Shown: piece by piece, positions 37,058-47,874 of the stretch
Numbering within the stretch: position 1 is the first letter of the stretch
Layout: every line of letters starts with the position of its first letter
Source: Minisyncoccota bacterium
GTDB lineage: Bacteria; Patescibacteriota; Minisyncoccia; Phycocordibacterales; UBA918
Length of the DNA stretch: 64,000 nucleotides
Assembly: GCA_041389025.1 (NCBI GenBank)
Contig: JAWKSP010000001.1
Span: 478,663-542,662, forward strand
Direction of reading: 5' to 3'
Translations under genes and position numbers: made by a program
Notes under the pieces: model-generated
Told to the model about the DNA's origin: nothing
What the model saw: the letters and a program-made list of their open reading frames with translations, nothing else
The model's database searches: none

Positions 37058-38848
37058 TTAGGCTAAAGTGTTTATTTCTTCTTTAACTCTTTGCATAAAT
37101 GACTGATAAGCTACCTCTTCTTTGTTTTCTTTCAATCGACCAACTTCTTTAAAAGTTTCCATTTGTTTAAATTTAGCAAAATCAAAATCTTCCTTACCAA
37201 CCACCACTTGACCTTCATTATAGAAAGTAACAATTGATTTAAGAAGATTATACTGAATCTTAATTGACATATAAGCATCTTCCGGATCAAAAGCGTTTTG
37301 CATCAAGAAGTCTTCACGTAGCATACGCGCTACTTCAAGAGTAAGTTTGTCAGAGTTAGACAATGACTCCATACCAACTAAGCGTACAATCTCCATCAGC
37401 TTAGACTCCTTTTCCAGAAGTTCCATGGCTTGCTTGCGCACCTCTGCAAAATCCGGAGCTACTTCATTTTTCCAAAAGTCAGTAAAGTTATCAACGTACA
37501 ATGAATAAGAAGATAGCCAGTTAATGGTTGGAAAATGTTTCTTGTAGGCCAAATCAGCGTCTAGTGACCAGAAAGTTTTAGTCACACGTAAAGTAGCTTG
37601 TGATACTGGTTCTGACAAGTCACCACCAGGAGGTGACACAGCACCAATCACAGTCAATGAACCTTGTCGCCCTTCTGAACCCAAAGTCTCTACTACACCA
37701 GCCCGTTCGTAGAACTGAGCAGTACGTGAAGATAAGTAAGCTGGGTACCCTTCCTCCCCTGGCATTTCTTCGAGACGTCCGGATATTTCACGCATCGCCT
37801 CCGCCCAACGTGAGGTTGAATCCGCCATCAAAGCTACGTGATAACCCATATCACGGTAGTACTCAGCAATAGTAATACCCATATACACAGATGCTTCACG
37901 CGCTGCCACTGGCATATTGGAAGTATTAGCAATCAAAATTGTTCGTTTCATTAAAGGTTCACCAGTATTAGGGTCAATCAGGTGTGGAAATTCAGACAGT
38001 ACTTCAGTCATCTCATTACCACGTTCACCACATCCGATATAAACAATCACTTGCGCATCACAGTACTTAGAGATTGACTGTTGAGTCACTGTCTTTCCTG
38101 CTCCAAACGGCCCAGGAATAGATCCTGCTCCACCTTTAGCAATTGGAAAAAAAGTATCAATCGAACGACCACCAGTTAGAAGAGGACGAGATGGGAAAAT
38201 CTTTTTATTCTTAGGACGCGGTTCTCGAATTGGCCAGTATTGCAACATTGCTATCGACACCACTTCTCCACTCTCAGTTTTTATTTGAGCTATAGTTTCT
38301 GTAATATTAAAACTACCTGATTTTACTTCAGTAATCTCACCGGAAACGTTTGGTGGTACCATCACTTTATGTACAATCAATTTAGTTTCATCCACTTCAC
38401 CCAAAATATCTCCACCCGTCACTTTATCTCCTACTTTAGCGGTTGCTTTGAAATCCCACTTTTTGGTTTTGTCCAAAGCTTCTGCATCAATTCCGCGTTT
38501 TATATAAAAAGTACCAGAAGCGTCTTCAATACTTTTAAGTGGACGTTGCACTCCATCGTAAATAGACTCAAGCAAGCCTGGAGCCAAAGCAGCTGACATA
38601 GTTTTTCCGGTACGATACACCGCATCCCCTGGACCAATACCGGTAGTATCTTCGTATACTTGAATAGAAGCCACATCACCATGCAATTCAATTACTTCAC
38701 CAAGCAACATTTCCTCTGATACTTTCACCAATTCGTACAGTCTAGCTTCAGACATACCATTAGCCCGTACCAACGGTCCGGTTACACGGACGATTTGTCC
38801 GGTTTTCATTTCTGTATTTGTTTCTTGTGTATTTGTTGAATTTGTCAT
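37058..38848 (-). CDS. ntpA: V/A-type ATP synthase subunit A
   Basis: GPFGAGKT, GCGERGNEM, EMPGEEGYPAYL. Confidence 0.97.
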   Translation of the reverse strand: MTNSTNTQETNTEMKTGQIVRVTGPLVRANGMSEARLYELVKVSEEMLLGEVIELHGDVASIQVYEDTTGIGPGDAVYRTGKTMSAALAPGLLESIYDGVQRPLKSIEDASGTFYIKRGIDAEALDKTKKWDFKATAKVGDKVTGGDILGEVDETKLIVHKVMVPPNVSGEITEVKSGSFNITETIAQIKTESGEVVSIAMLQYWPIREPRPKNKKIFPSRPLLTGGRSIDTFFPIAKGGAGSIPGPFGAGKTVTQQSISKYCDAQVIVYIGCGERGNEMTEVLSEFPHLIDPNTGEPLMKRTILIANTSNMPVAAREASVYMGITIAEYYRDMGYHVALMADSTSRWAEAMREISGRLEEMPGEEGYPAYLSSRTAQFYERAGVVETLGSEGRQGSLTVIGAVSPPGGDLSEPVSQATLRVTKTFWSLDADLAYKKHFPTINWLSSYSLYVDNFTDFWKNEVAPDFAEVRKQAMELLEKESKLMEIVRLVGMESLSNSDKLTLEVARMLREDFLMQNAFDPEDAYMSIKIQYNLLKSIVTFYNEGQVVVGKEDFDFAKFKQMETFKEVGRLKENKEEVAYQSFMQRVKEEINTLA

Positions 38849-38884
38849 GGTAATAAAATTATTATTAGTAAAATCTTTTAAATA

Positions 38885-39241
38885 TTAAATAATCGCTGCC
38901 CCTACCGCTTTCTCAGCCAACTGTCTAAGTCTAGCTTCAGCCAAGCCTTGACTACCTTTAGCACTCGGTAAAATAACCACTGCCGGCAAAGGCCCAGCCA
39001 CCACCCTACTATACTCTTTATCGTCAATTCCTTTTAATAAATCTTCAATGATACAAACCACTGCATAAACCACTCCCCCGCCAGTAACAGTCGCTTGTTT
39101 TATTTCTTTCAGTCTATCTAGCATTTCACTTGCATCATGAGCTATAATCGCCTCTACTCCCAAGGCCCGAAATCCTGACACAGTATCTGCAGGACCAATA
39201 ATGGCCACTTTATATACTAGATTTTGATCAGAATTAGACAT
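38885..39241 (-). CDS. ntpF: V/A-type ATP synthase subunit F
   Basis: KVAIIGPADTVSGFRALGV...EKAVG. Confidence 0.9.
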   Translation of the reverse strand: MSNSDQNLVYKVAIIGPADTVSGFRALGVEAIIAHDASEMLDRLKEIKQATVTGGGVVYAVVCIIEDLLKGIDDKEYSRVVAGPLPAVVILPSAKGSQGLAEARLRQLAEKAVGAAII

Positions 39242-40211
39242 AAGCTTTGGTTAAATGTTTTAAAATAAACTCATTATCTTGTCCGTTTTCTTTCCCGACC
39301 AAGATAGTTTGGAGTCGTTTGGCACTATTTTGGCATTGCCAAAAATAAAATACCAAAGAGGCTGGAGAAAATATATCATGACTTAGGTCAGCTACCGCAT
39401 CGGTAAAGTACTCATCTAAAGCCAGCTCTATTAAAGTTAAATGTCCAACCTGATTATATACATCAAAAGCTTCTCTATACTTAGTCTCATTACCGAACTG
39501 ACCAATCATAGACACAACCTGATCTTTTGTTTCTATTTGTGCCAAACCGATATTTCCTCCTTCAACAAACCAATCGTCTGAAGATTGATTGATTTGTAAA
39601 GTTCTTAATCTGGTCTTGAGATTGTAGACATCAATTTGTAGTCGCAATATCTTGTCTAAAGTTAAGTCCTTAGTTGCTGTAATCATTCTTTTAGCTAGAC
39701 GAAAATAATTTCTATCAATGACAAAATCTGCTTCAGCCAACCCTTTCTCTTCAGCCGTCTTGATAGCTTCTTCGTAAATATCAACTAATTCTGGTTCCAA
39801 TCGATTAAGTGTATTATTGTTTACGTGTTCAAGCAAAGTTTCTGGTTCATACTTACTTAGTCTTGACCAACTATTTTTAAAAGTTTCTTCACTTAATCCA
39901 ACTTTTTTAGCTTTTACAAAAATCCGTAAATTATGCAAATCATAACGTATCCACAACCAATCAAACTTACTAGTCTGAGGAGCAATACTTGATATGAGAT
40001 ATTTAGATTCAAACAGACTTTTGTCCAAAGCTTTAAAAATATCTTCATTTTTTTCACCCTCTAAAAACTTTACCAAATAAGTTTCCTTTACTGCTTTAAC
40101 AAATTCTTCCCCACGTGAAGTAGTAAGTAGACGATCTACATCAGAATCACTTAATAACTCTTTAGCAAGAGCTTTGACTCGACTGACACTGTAGATGTAG
40201 GAGGTTTCCAT
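39234..40211 (-). CDS. ntpC: V/A-type ATP synthase subunit C
   Basis: Y.YSVSRVKAL...LL; YDLHNL; IDVYNLKT; operon position. Confidence 0.85.
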   Translation of the reverse strand: METSYIYSVSRVKALAKELLSDSDVDRLLTTSRGEEFVKAVKETYLVKFLEGEKNEDIFKALDKSLFESKYLISSIAPQTSKFDWLWIRYDLHNLRIFVKAKKVGLSEETFKNSWSRLSKYEPETLLEHVNNNTLNRLEPELVDIYEEAIKTAEEKGLAEADFVIDRNYFRLAKRMITATKDLTLDKILRLQIDVYNLKTRLRTLQINQSSDDWFVEGGNIGLAQIETKDQVVSMIGQFGNETKYREAFDVYNQVGHLTLIELALDEYFTDAVADLSHDIFSPASLVFYFWQCQNSAKRLQTILVGKENGQDNEFILKHLTKAYV

Positions 40212-40238
40212 GTAATAAATTTAGTAAATTAATTATGA

Positions 40239-40817
40239 TTATTTACTACCTGAAAATAAAATAGCAGCAATTTCTGTTTCAGATAATAAGCGGTCTTCAG
40301 CAAACATTTTTTCTAACGATAAGTTAAACTCAAAATCCTCACCCACCAAAATACATCCGCCTTTTAATTTATCATCAGATTTTATTTCAGCCGACCAACC
40401 AAGGTCGCTTGCGACTTTTTTTGTTTCTTCAAAACGACTGTTAGGAGCTAAAACAAAAGAAATTTTTGCATCAGACGGTACCACAGATCGATATCTGTTT
40501 TTTAGTAAAGATATATAATCTTCACTGGAAATATTTAGTAGTTGTTTTAAAGCTTCATCATAAACCTCATCTAGCAATCTCCTTTTTACTGATTGTTTTG
40601 CTAAGCTAGTTTTTTGCTTTTCAAGGGAAGATACTACTGATTCTCTTTGTGATTGTTCTTTTTGTAAAAATTTCAAACTTTCTTCTTCAAGACCAGCTAC
40701 CTGCTCCTTGGTTTTTTTGTCTATTAAAACCACCTCCTCCTCAGCTTTCGCTATGATAGAAGTTGCTTCAGCCTCAGCTTCTTTTCTTATTTTGTTAGTA
40801 ATTTCTTGTAGCGCCAT
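40239..40817 (-). CDS. ntpE: V/A-type ATP synthase subunit E
   Basis: MALQEITNKI coiled coil; KGGCIL; operon position. Confidence 0.85.
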   Translation of the reverse strand: MALQEITNKIRKEAEAEATSIIAKAEEEVVLIDKKTKEQVAGLEEESLKFLQKEQSQRESVVSSLEKQKTSLAKQSVKRRLLDEVYDEALKQLLNISSEDYISLLKNRYRSVVPSDAKISFVLAPNSRFEETKKVASDLGWSAEIKSDDKLKGGCILVGEDFEFNLSLEKMFAEDRLLSETEIAAILFSGSK

Positions 40818-40844
40818 TTAGTTGTAAGTTATTATCTTTAATCT

Positions 40845-41339
<495 letters not shown>

Positions 41340-41371
41340 TTATAAAAAATAAAGATACCTCGCAAAAACAA

Positions 41372-43366
41372 TTATCCACTGTCTTTTACGATAGTAATGT
41401 AAGACTCTTCTCGTTTTAACGGTTTAAAAGTCCTACCAGTGCCGGAGATAAACTTACCAAAGAACTCCACAAACTGCAAACGAGCACTATGAATGAACGC
41501 TCCTAAAGTATTCACCACTAGTGTAAACAAATGTCCAGCTATCAATATAAGAACAGCTAACACCGCTCCCACATAAGGAATCATATCATTAACAATTCCA
41601 GCAATTAAATTAACTGCAAAAGCCAACGCACTGGTCGCTAATCCCAAAGCTAATAGACGGGAGTATGACAAAATATCCGAAAAATAACCGATACTATTAT
41701 ATAAACTAAGTAGACTCATCTGTATTTTTCCAAAAACTCCTTCACCATTTCGACCACTAGCTACTACCACTATTGCTACCGCCAGATATACCAAAGTCAA
41801 TAACGAATCAGCTGAGGCATTTAGATAGCCAATCTTAGCAGCTCCGAAAAGAATCAATGAGACAAATAAAAGTAACCACGGCCCCTGATCCAGCAAACCA
41901 GTAAGTAGGCGTTTATTTCTAGCCTCACTATAAATCTTTAGCATCATACCAAACATTACTTGCACCACTCCCAACGATAAAGCCAAATAGAAAACCGGTA
42001 ACGGGTTACCAATAGGATCAAACTGTTGAATTGCTTGTAATGGAGCCGGTAATTTTGATGACTCTATACCTAAATATCCACCAAATAATAGACCTACCAA
42101 AGCTGAGGATAGTCCCATTAGAAATAGTAGCTTTCCAAATAATTTTATGGTCGGAGGTACCTTAAAATAAAATAGTACTAAAAGTGCTACTGCCATAAGG
42201 AAAATTCCATAACCCACATCAGTCAATGACAAACCAAAGAAAAGGAAGAAGAAACCGGCCAAAAATGGTGTCGGGTCAAGATCTTTATGAGCTGGTAAAC
42301 CATACAATCGAGTAATAATCTCAAACGGTTGAATTGACGCACTGTTTTTTAATTCTACCGGCGGTTCTTCTCCTTCCTGTAAAGCGATTTCTTCTAAAGA
42401 GTAGACTACCTTGCCTCTACCTAATGCTTCTTTAAGTTTTGGTAAAACTAATTCATTACACCAACCCTCAAACGCCACTACATTTTTAGTTGACTTGGCT
42501 ACTTTAGTTACTTCATGACGAGCTTGTCGCCACTTATATATGTCATGAGTAATTTTTAGATCATGTAAATATTTTTTTGTTAGTTCTTTAGCTCTATCTT
42601 CCAATTTGTTTTTTTCTTCCAACAAAGAGCTTTGCTCTTTGTCCAATCGTTCAACCAACTGAGCTGATGTTTCTTCACTTTTTGGTAACTGAATAAGTTC
42701 TAGTTTATTTTCTTTTATAAAATCAGTTACTAGAGATTCAGTTTTTTCATCCTTGAAGACAGTTAAAGCACAACGCTTTTCATCAATTACCTCAATATTA
42801 CTTACTACCTTATCATTAGAAAAAGTTGCTTTTAAAAGCTCAGGTAATACACCAGAGTTCTTATTGGTTTTTTCTACACCGATTTCTTTTAACTGCAGAA
42901 GGTAGGTTTTAGTATTCTTGGTGAAAAGACTATTTAAAGGAATAGTTAAATTTAACCAATCATTTAACAGCTCTTTATCTTCTTTAATTTTACGCTGCTT
43001 TTCGTTTACTAACCGCAAATCCTCTTGCCAAGTATTAACTTCATTTAATATTACTCTCAACTCTTCTTTATTAAGTCCGGCTTCCACTAAGTCTGCTTCA
43101 GTTAAATCAATGTTGGTTCCTTCAACCAACTTTTTTATAGTTCCAACCACCTCCGCATACGGAGTAAGAGCTGTCACCAAATGAGAAACGGAAGCAAAAT
43201 CAGCCGCATCCAAAGCGGAATCTTTATTTATTTCCGGCACAAAACCATCTGCTTCTATTATTTCCTGAAACTCCAGCACTTCTTTAGCTTGGGCAATAGC
43301 CAGCACTCTCTCAGCATCAGCACGATGCACCAGAAGACGAACTTTTTTTACTGGAATAACAGACAT
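41372..43366 (-). CDS. ntpI: V/A-type ATP synthase subunit I
   Basis: YGLP...DPTP; DILSYSRLLALGL; HSARLQFVEFFGKF. Confidence 0.96.
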   Translation of the reverse strand: MSVIPVKKVRLLVHRADAERVLAIAQAKEVLEFQEIIEADGFVPEINKDSALDAADFASVSHLVTALTPYAEVVGTIKKLVEGTNIDLTEADLVEAGLNKEELRVILNEVNTWQEDLRLVNEKQRKIKEDKELLNDWLNLTIPLNSLFTKNTKTYLLQLKEIGVEKTNKNSGVLPELLKATFSNDKVVSNIEVIDEKRCALTVFKDEKTESLVTDFIKENKLELIQLPKSEETSAQLVERLDKEQSSLLEEKNKLEDRAKELTKKYLHDLKITHDIYKWRQARHEVTKVAKSTKNVVAFEGWCNELVLPKLKEALGRGKVVYSLEEIALQEGEEPPVELKNSASIQPFEIITRLYGLPAHKDLDPTPFLAGFFFLFFGLSLTDVGYGIFLMAVALLVLFYFKVPPTIKLFGKLLFLMGLSSALVGLLFGGYLGIESSKLPAPLQAIQQFDPIGNPLPVFYLALSLGVVQVMFGMMLKIYSEARNKRLLTGLLDQGPWLLLFVSLILFGAAKIGYLNASADSLLTLVYLAVAIVVVASGRNGEGVFGKIQMSLLSLYNSIGYFSDILSYSRLLALGLATSALAFAVNLIAGIVNDMIPYVGAVLAVLILIAGHLFTLVVNTLGAFIHSARLQFVEFFGKFISGTGRTFKPLKREESYITIVKDSG

Positions 43367-43375
43367 AATCTAAAA

Positions 43376-43675
43376 TTATTTGAAACGTGCCACCACACTA
43401 TCAACTACTTTCTTTTTATTTACCGAAATAGACTGTTCAAACTTTTCTAAATCAGCTTTTGTTTTTATCTCATTAGTTTTTGATTTCTCTACCAAAGCAA
43501 CCTCAAAAGTTTGTAACTCTTGACGGTTTTTCTTTTGAAGATTTTCTTTAGCTTCAGCCACTGTCTTCGCTTGTAAAGACAGAGCTTCAGCTATTAGTTG
43601 CTTAGCTTTTTCTTTTGCTTCATTAATGTTATTTTCAGCTTTCTTTTCAGCCTCAATGATAGTATTAAATGACAT
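43376..43675 (-). CDS. V/A-type ATP synthase subunit G/H
   Basis: IEAEKKAE..I.EAKEKA coiled coil; first gene of the operon. Confidence 0.75.
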   Translation of the reverse strand: MSFNTIIEAEKKAENNINEAKEKAKQLIAEALSLQAKTVAEAKENLQKKNRQELQTFEVALVEKSKTNEIKTKADLEKFEQSISVNKKKVVDSVVARFK

Positions 43676-43947
43676 GATGTTTACTTAAAAATATATAGAA
43701 AAATTATCACTTTTTTGACTTTATAGCAGATTAAAAACCAAGCCCAGTCATAAGTGGCACCATCTTACTATTTATAAGTGTGGTGTCAAGCAAAAAATGT
43801 TGGTATTTTGCTATTTTTAAAGACAAAGAAAAAATTGGTGACGAAATTGTAAGAAATTTGTTAAAAAACCGTCTTAAAACCATCGTCGGCACAAATTGTA
43901 CATTTTTTGCCGATGAAGTTCTTTAACCTTTAGAAGGAGACAAAAAA

Positions 43948-44520
43948 TTGACTTACCGAGTAAGTTTTAATATCCTTTTTGCTATATTTATATTTTGCAT
44001 TTGTGCCTTGGCGTTGCAAAACCAATCAAAATTTACACCAAAAAACACTGATTTTGATTTAAATTTTGATTGGTACTGGACAAACAATCATGAGCAAACC
44101 TTTACTTTTGATTGGAACTGGTTTGTCGACTGGCTAACACCAGAAGCACCGAGCGTTCCCTTACCCCCATATATAGGTAAGGTAATCGCTCCAGCCAAAA
44201 ATAGTTCGTATTATACAATACTAAAAACCAAGCAATATTTTCCGGATGTTGGAATTATGCACGAGATTTCAAAGTGTGAATCAAACCGAAGACATCGTAG
44301 TAGTGATGGAAAATTACTACCAGACAGTTTTGGAGGATCTTCTCGAGGTGCATTTCAGTTATTATTAAGAGTCCATCATTCTGATATGAGAAAAATGAGG
44401 CTAAGTCCTTTTAAGGACGATGACCATTTTATCTATCTAAGATACCTTTATGATACTAAAGGTACTCAACCTTGGTACATGTCGAAACATTGTTGGGAAA
44501 ACAAGCAACACAATGCATGA
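43948..44520 (+). CDS. Lysozyme-like/lytic transglycosylase-like exported protein
   Basis: ISKCES...SSRGAFQL...GTQPW..S..CW; AAGGAG SD; TTG start. Confidence 0.65.
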   Translation: MTYRVSFNILFAIFIFCICALALQNQSKFTPKNTDFDLNFDWYWTNNHEQTFTFDWNWFVDWLTPEAPSVPLPPYIGKVIAPAKNSSYYTILKTKQYFPDVGIMHEISKCESNRRHRSSDGKLLPDSFGGSSRGAFQLLLRVHHSDMRKMRLSPFKDDDHFIYLRYLYDTKGTQPWYMSKHCWENKQHNA

Positions 44521-44549
44521 TTTGTGATTATTGCAAATTTATAAATTTT

Positions 44550-44583
44550 AAACGGTGTTTCCCTTCGGGAAACACCGTTTTTT
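44550..44583. terminator. Terminator between convergent accessory genes
   Basis: aaacggtgtttcc-cttcg-ggaaacaccgtttttt. Confidence 0.85.
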
Positions 44584-44599
44584 CTCGCCTTATTCACGA

Positions 44600-45163
44600 C
44601 TATATCTTTAAAAAACCAGTTATAACAATCTCTGGCCTACTATATACTGAAGTATGATCATAACCATGAAGCTGTTTAAGTTTTATGCTATAACCTTTAG
44701 TACTTAATAACTCATCAATAGAAGCAATATCATCTACATGCGGCTGACAGTGTTTTTCCCGTAGTAATAAATCGTGGTTAAAATAAAACATTTTTTCAGC
44801 TGTTTTTTTAGCTTCAACTCTATCTAAAGCAATGACAAAAATTTGCCTGTGTACTTCTGCAAAAATATTTTTATAATAACCACCTAGATTAACAAAAAAT
44901 AACTTTTTATTCGGATCTATATCTTCTATAGGAAAACTATTGCATTCATCCTGGATAACAACCCTATGACCACAAACCTGATCGAGACACATGTAGGCAT
45001 CTATATGCAAAGTTATTGCCGATCTCCAGAATTCCTTAGCCATAACCTTCACCTCTTCAAGGCTACCTGCCACACAAAAGAAATATTTATGTTGCTCAAA
45101 AAGATAACCTTCTTCCCTACCACCCAAAAGAACTGTATATAATTTTAAACTTTCAGAATTCAT
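44600..45163 (-). CDS. DUF1543 domain protein
   Basis: Duplicated LGG....E.H motif, HIDAY, HVDD; TTGACA-17-TAATTT promoter; AGGAG SD. Confidence 0.75.
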   Translation of the reverse strand: MNSESLKLYTVLLGGREEGYLFEQHKYFFCVAGSLEEVKVMAKEFWRSAITLHIDAYMCLDQVCGHRVVIQDECNSFPIEDIDPNKKLFFVNLGGYYKNIFAEVHRQIFVIALDRVEAKKTAEKMFYFNHDLLLREKHCQPHVDDIASIDELLSTKGYSIKLKQLHGYDHTSVYSRPEIVITGFLKI

Positions 45164-45252
45164 CAGTATTTTCTCCTGATTTATTAGTTACGAATTTAAC
45201 AAAAGATCCATCGCTAAATTACATAAATAGATATAAGTTGTCAAAATTTTTT

Positions 45253-45281
45253 TTGACAACACACCATCAAAGTGTTACAAT
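45253..45281 (+). promoter_or_regulatory. Sigma70 promoter of the DEAD-box helicase, back-to-back with the DUF1543 promoter
   Basis: TTGACA-17-TACAAT; the two -35 boxes form gttgtcaaaattttttttgacaac. Confidence 0.75.
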
Positions 45282-45470
45282 CCCCTCACCTTAAGATTCT
45301 CGTGTGGGGCTCTTGAGCCACCATTTGGAAAGTAGACAAAACTTGTGGTTTTGTTGGAAAAATTAAAAAACTCAATTTTTTGTGAGTGATGAAATTTTTC
45401 ACCGTTTGGACCTTACTTAATTTCACACACCAAGAGACAATCTCTTGCGTTAATACAAAACAAAAAATAA

Positions 45471-46775
45471 ATGAATAATACAACTTATAGTGCTTCTAGA
45501 AGCAGTTCTAGATCAAGAAGTACTTATCAATCTAACGGAAACCGAAATTTTGGACGCAGTTTTTCTGGTCGCAGAGCGGGTTCTTCTTTTGGGCGACAAA
45601 GTCGTCCTTTTAACGGTGGTCGAAGTCGCTTTTCTAGCGGAAATAGACGTCGTGGTTCAAACCGACAAATTTCCACTTTTGATGTTTCTAAATATATAAA
45701 TCTAAATCCTGTTAAACAAACAAAAGAGATTTATACTGCTAAGCATAATTTCTCAGATTTCGCTTTAGAGAAAGACCTGAAAAAATCCATTAACGACGCT
45801 GGGCTAATTACCCCAAGTCCGATCCAAGACCAAGTAATTCCACTTATTCTTGAAGGCAAGGACGTGGTTGGACTAGCCGAGACTGGTACCGGAAAAACCG
45901 CGGCTTTTCTTATTCCAACCATTCAAAAAACTTTGGAAAATAGAAGTAATTTGACTCTAATCTTAGCCCCGACTCGTGAGTTAGCTATACAAGTGGAACA
46001 AGAATTAAGAAAATTGACTCCTAAAATGGGAATCTACTCAACTATTTGTGTCGGTGGTATGAACATAATGCCGCAAATTAAAAATCTTCGTCGTCGTAAC
46101 CACTTCATTATTGGTACTCCAGGGCGAGTACAAGATCTAATCGACCGTGGTTCAATCAAACCTGAGAAGATCACCGGTGTAATTCTTGACGAAGCAGACC
46201 GAATGCTTGATATGGGATTCATTCACGATATTAAAAAAATCTTAAAAGATGTACGTGAGGATCGTAGTACTCTTTTCTTCTCCGCTACTATGTCAAAAAG
46301 CATTGAAGGGTTGATCAATGACTTTCTTCGTGACCCAATCACTATTTCAGTTCGTAAAACCGACGTAGCCAGCAGTATTTCACAAGACGTGGTTAAGTAT
46401 GAAAGTCACCACAAATTTGACACTCTTACTCTGCTACTTAAGAAACCAAACTTTGAGCGAGTAATTGTTTTTGGAGCAATGAAACACAGCGTAGAAAAAC
46501 TAAGTCAAGAACTAAACCAAGCCGGAGTCAGAGCCGACGCCATTCACGGCAACAAGTCGCATGGTCAACGCCAACACGCTCTAAAACGCTTTAAGAGCGG
46601 ACAAGTACAGGTCTTGGTCGCTACCGATGTAGCTGCTCGCGGTATTCACGTGGATAATGTTTCGCACGTAATCAACTATGACCTGCCAAATACTTATGAA
46701 GATTATATACACCGTATCGGTCGTACCGGTCGTGGCGATAAACGAGGTGAAGCTTTAACATTTGTGCCAGCTTAA
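45471..46775 (+). CDS. DEAD-box RNA helicase with Arg/Ser/Gly-rich N-terminus
   Basis: AETGTGKT, PTRELA, DEAD, SAT, HRIGRTGR. Confidence 0.96.
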   Translation: MNNTTYSASRSSSRSRSTYQSNGNRNFGRSFSGRRAGSSFGRQSRPFNGGRSRFSSGNRRRGSNRQISTFDVSKYINLNPVKQTKEIYTAKHNFSDFALEKDLKKSINDAGLITPSPIQDQVIPLILEGKDVVGLAETGTGKTAAFLIPTIQKTLENRSNLTLILAPTRELAIQVEQELRKLTPKMGIYSTICVGGMNIMPQIKNLRRRNHFIIGTPGRVQDLIDRGSIKPEKITGVILDEADRMLDMGFIHDIKKILKDVREDRSTLFFSATMSKSIEGLINDFLRDPITISVRKTDVASSISQDVVKYESHHKFDTLTLLLKKPNFERVIVFGAMKHSVEKLSQELNQAGVRADAIHGNKSHGQRQHALKRFKSGQVQVLVATDVAARGIHVDNVSHVINYDLPNTYEDYIHRIGRTGRGDKRGEALTFVPA

Positions 46776-46817
46776 TCTTAATTATCGACAAATTTTTTGG
46801 TATAATATTTGTCTTAC

Positions 46818-46898
46818 ATGCAAATTATTTTAATTGCCATCGGTTTGTTTATCTTACTCATGATTATAAACGCTTTTTGGGGTGGTAACCCACTTTAA
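46818..46898 (+). CDS. Putative 26-aa single-TM small protein
   Basis: MQIILIAIGLFILLMIINAFWGGNPL*; TGgTATAAT 11 nt upstream; ends 8 nt before the next ATG. Confidence 0.5.
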   Translation: MQIILIAIGLFILLMIINAFWGGNPL

Positions 46899-46906
46899 TC
46901 TACATA

Positions 46907-47872
46907 ATGGAATACTTACTTTCAGCAATTTTAATTGCTTTCTCAGCTTTATTTTCAGGCTTGACACTTGGCTTCTTTTCTCTTAATCCGCATAATTTGG
47001 AACGCCAAGCTAAAAATGGCAACAAAGAAGCTTTGGCTATTTACCCTTTACGATCAAAAGGTAATCTGCTTTTAACCACTCTACTTTTAGGTAACGTCGG
47101 TGTAAATACCGCTTTATCTATTTACCTTGGCTCACTGGTAAGTGGTGTGTTAGCTGGTTTTATCGCTACTTCACTTATTTTTGTATTTGGTGAAATTCTG
47201 CCACAAGCGACCATGTCTAGACACGCCATGTGGTACTGTAGTCGGCTAGCTCCACTAATGCGAGTAATTATGTTTTTACTTTTACCAATTACTTATCCGA
47301 TTGCTTTTATTCTAGACAAGCTGTTAGGTAAAGAAGTACCGGTACTTTATTCAAAAAGCGAGTTAATGCAAATCGTATCCGAATTGGAAGATTCAGAGCA
47401 TAGTGATATTGATGCTGATGAAGAGAGAATTATTCATGGTGCCCTACAATTCTCACACACTATGGTGCGTGACATCATGACTCCTAAGGAGGAAGTGATT
47501 TCTTATGATGAGCATCAACGATACGATGACGAATTTATAAAGATTTTATCTGAATCAAACTTCTCTCGCTACCCAATCTACAGTGGTAATAAAGAAAATA
47601 TTGTCGGTATTTTATTTACCAAAGACTTAATAAATGAAGATCAAGACACGGCTATCTGTGATACAAAAGAAGCATTTGTTAAAGATTTCTTAGAAGTACG
47701 CCCCGGACAAAGACTCGATACCGTCCTTACCATGATGCTAAAACGTCGCCAACACATGGGAGTGGTAATGACTAAAAACAAACAGTTTCTCGGAGTGATT
47801 ACCTTGGAAGATATTATTGAAGTGATTATACAAAGTGAGATTAATGATGAAGGAGATGAGGATGAGGATTAA
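46907..47872 (+). CDS. CNNM/DUF21 plus CBS-pair protein (CorB/CorC-like)
   Basis: FSGLTLG, LLLGNV, FGEILPQ, FSRYPIY, GVITLEDIIE. Confidence 0.92.
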   Translation: MEYLLSAILIAFSALFSGLTLGFFSLNPHNLERQAKNGNKEALAIYPLRSKGNLLLTTLLLGNVGVNTALSIYLGSLVSGVLAGFIATSLIFVFGEILPQATMSRHAMWYCSRLAPLMRVIMFLLLPITYPIAFILDKLLGKEVPVLYSKSELMQIVSELEDSEHSDIDADEERIIHGALQFSHTMVRDIMTPKEEVISYDEHQRYDDEFIKILSESNFSRYPIYSGNKENIVGILFTKDLINEDQDTAICDTKEAFVKDFLEVRPGQRLDTVLTMMLKRRQHMGVVMTKNKQFLGVITLEDIIEVIIQSEINDEGDEDED

Positions 47873-47874
47873 TT

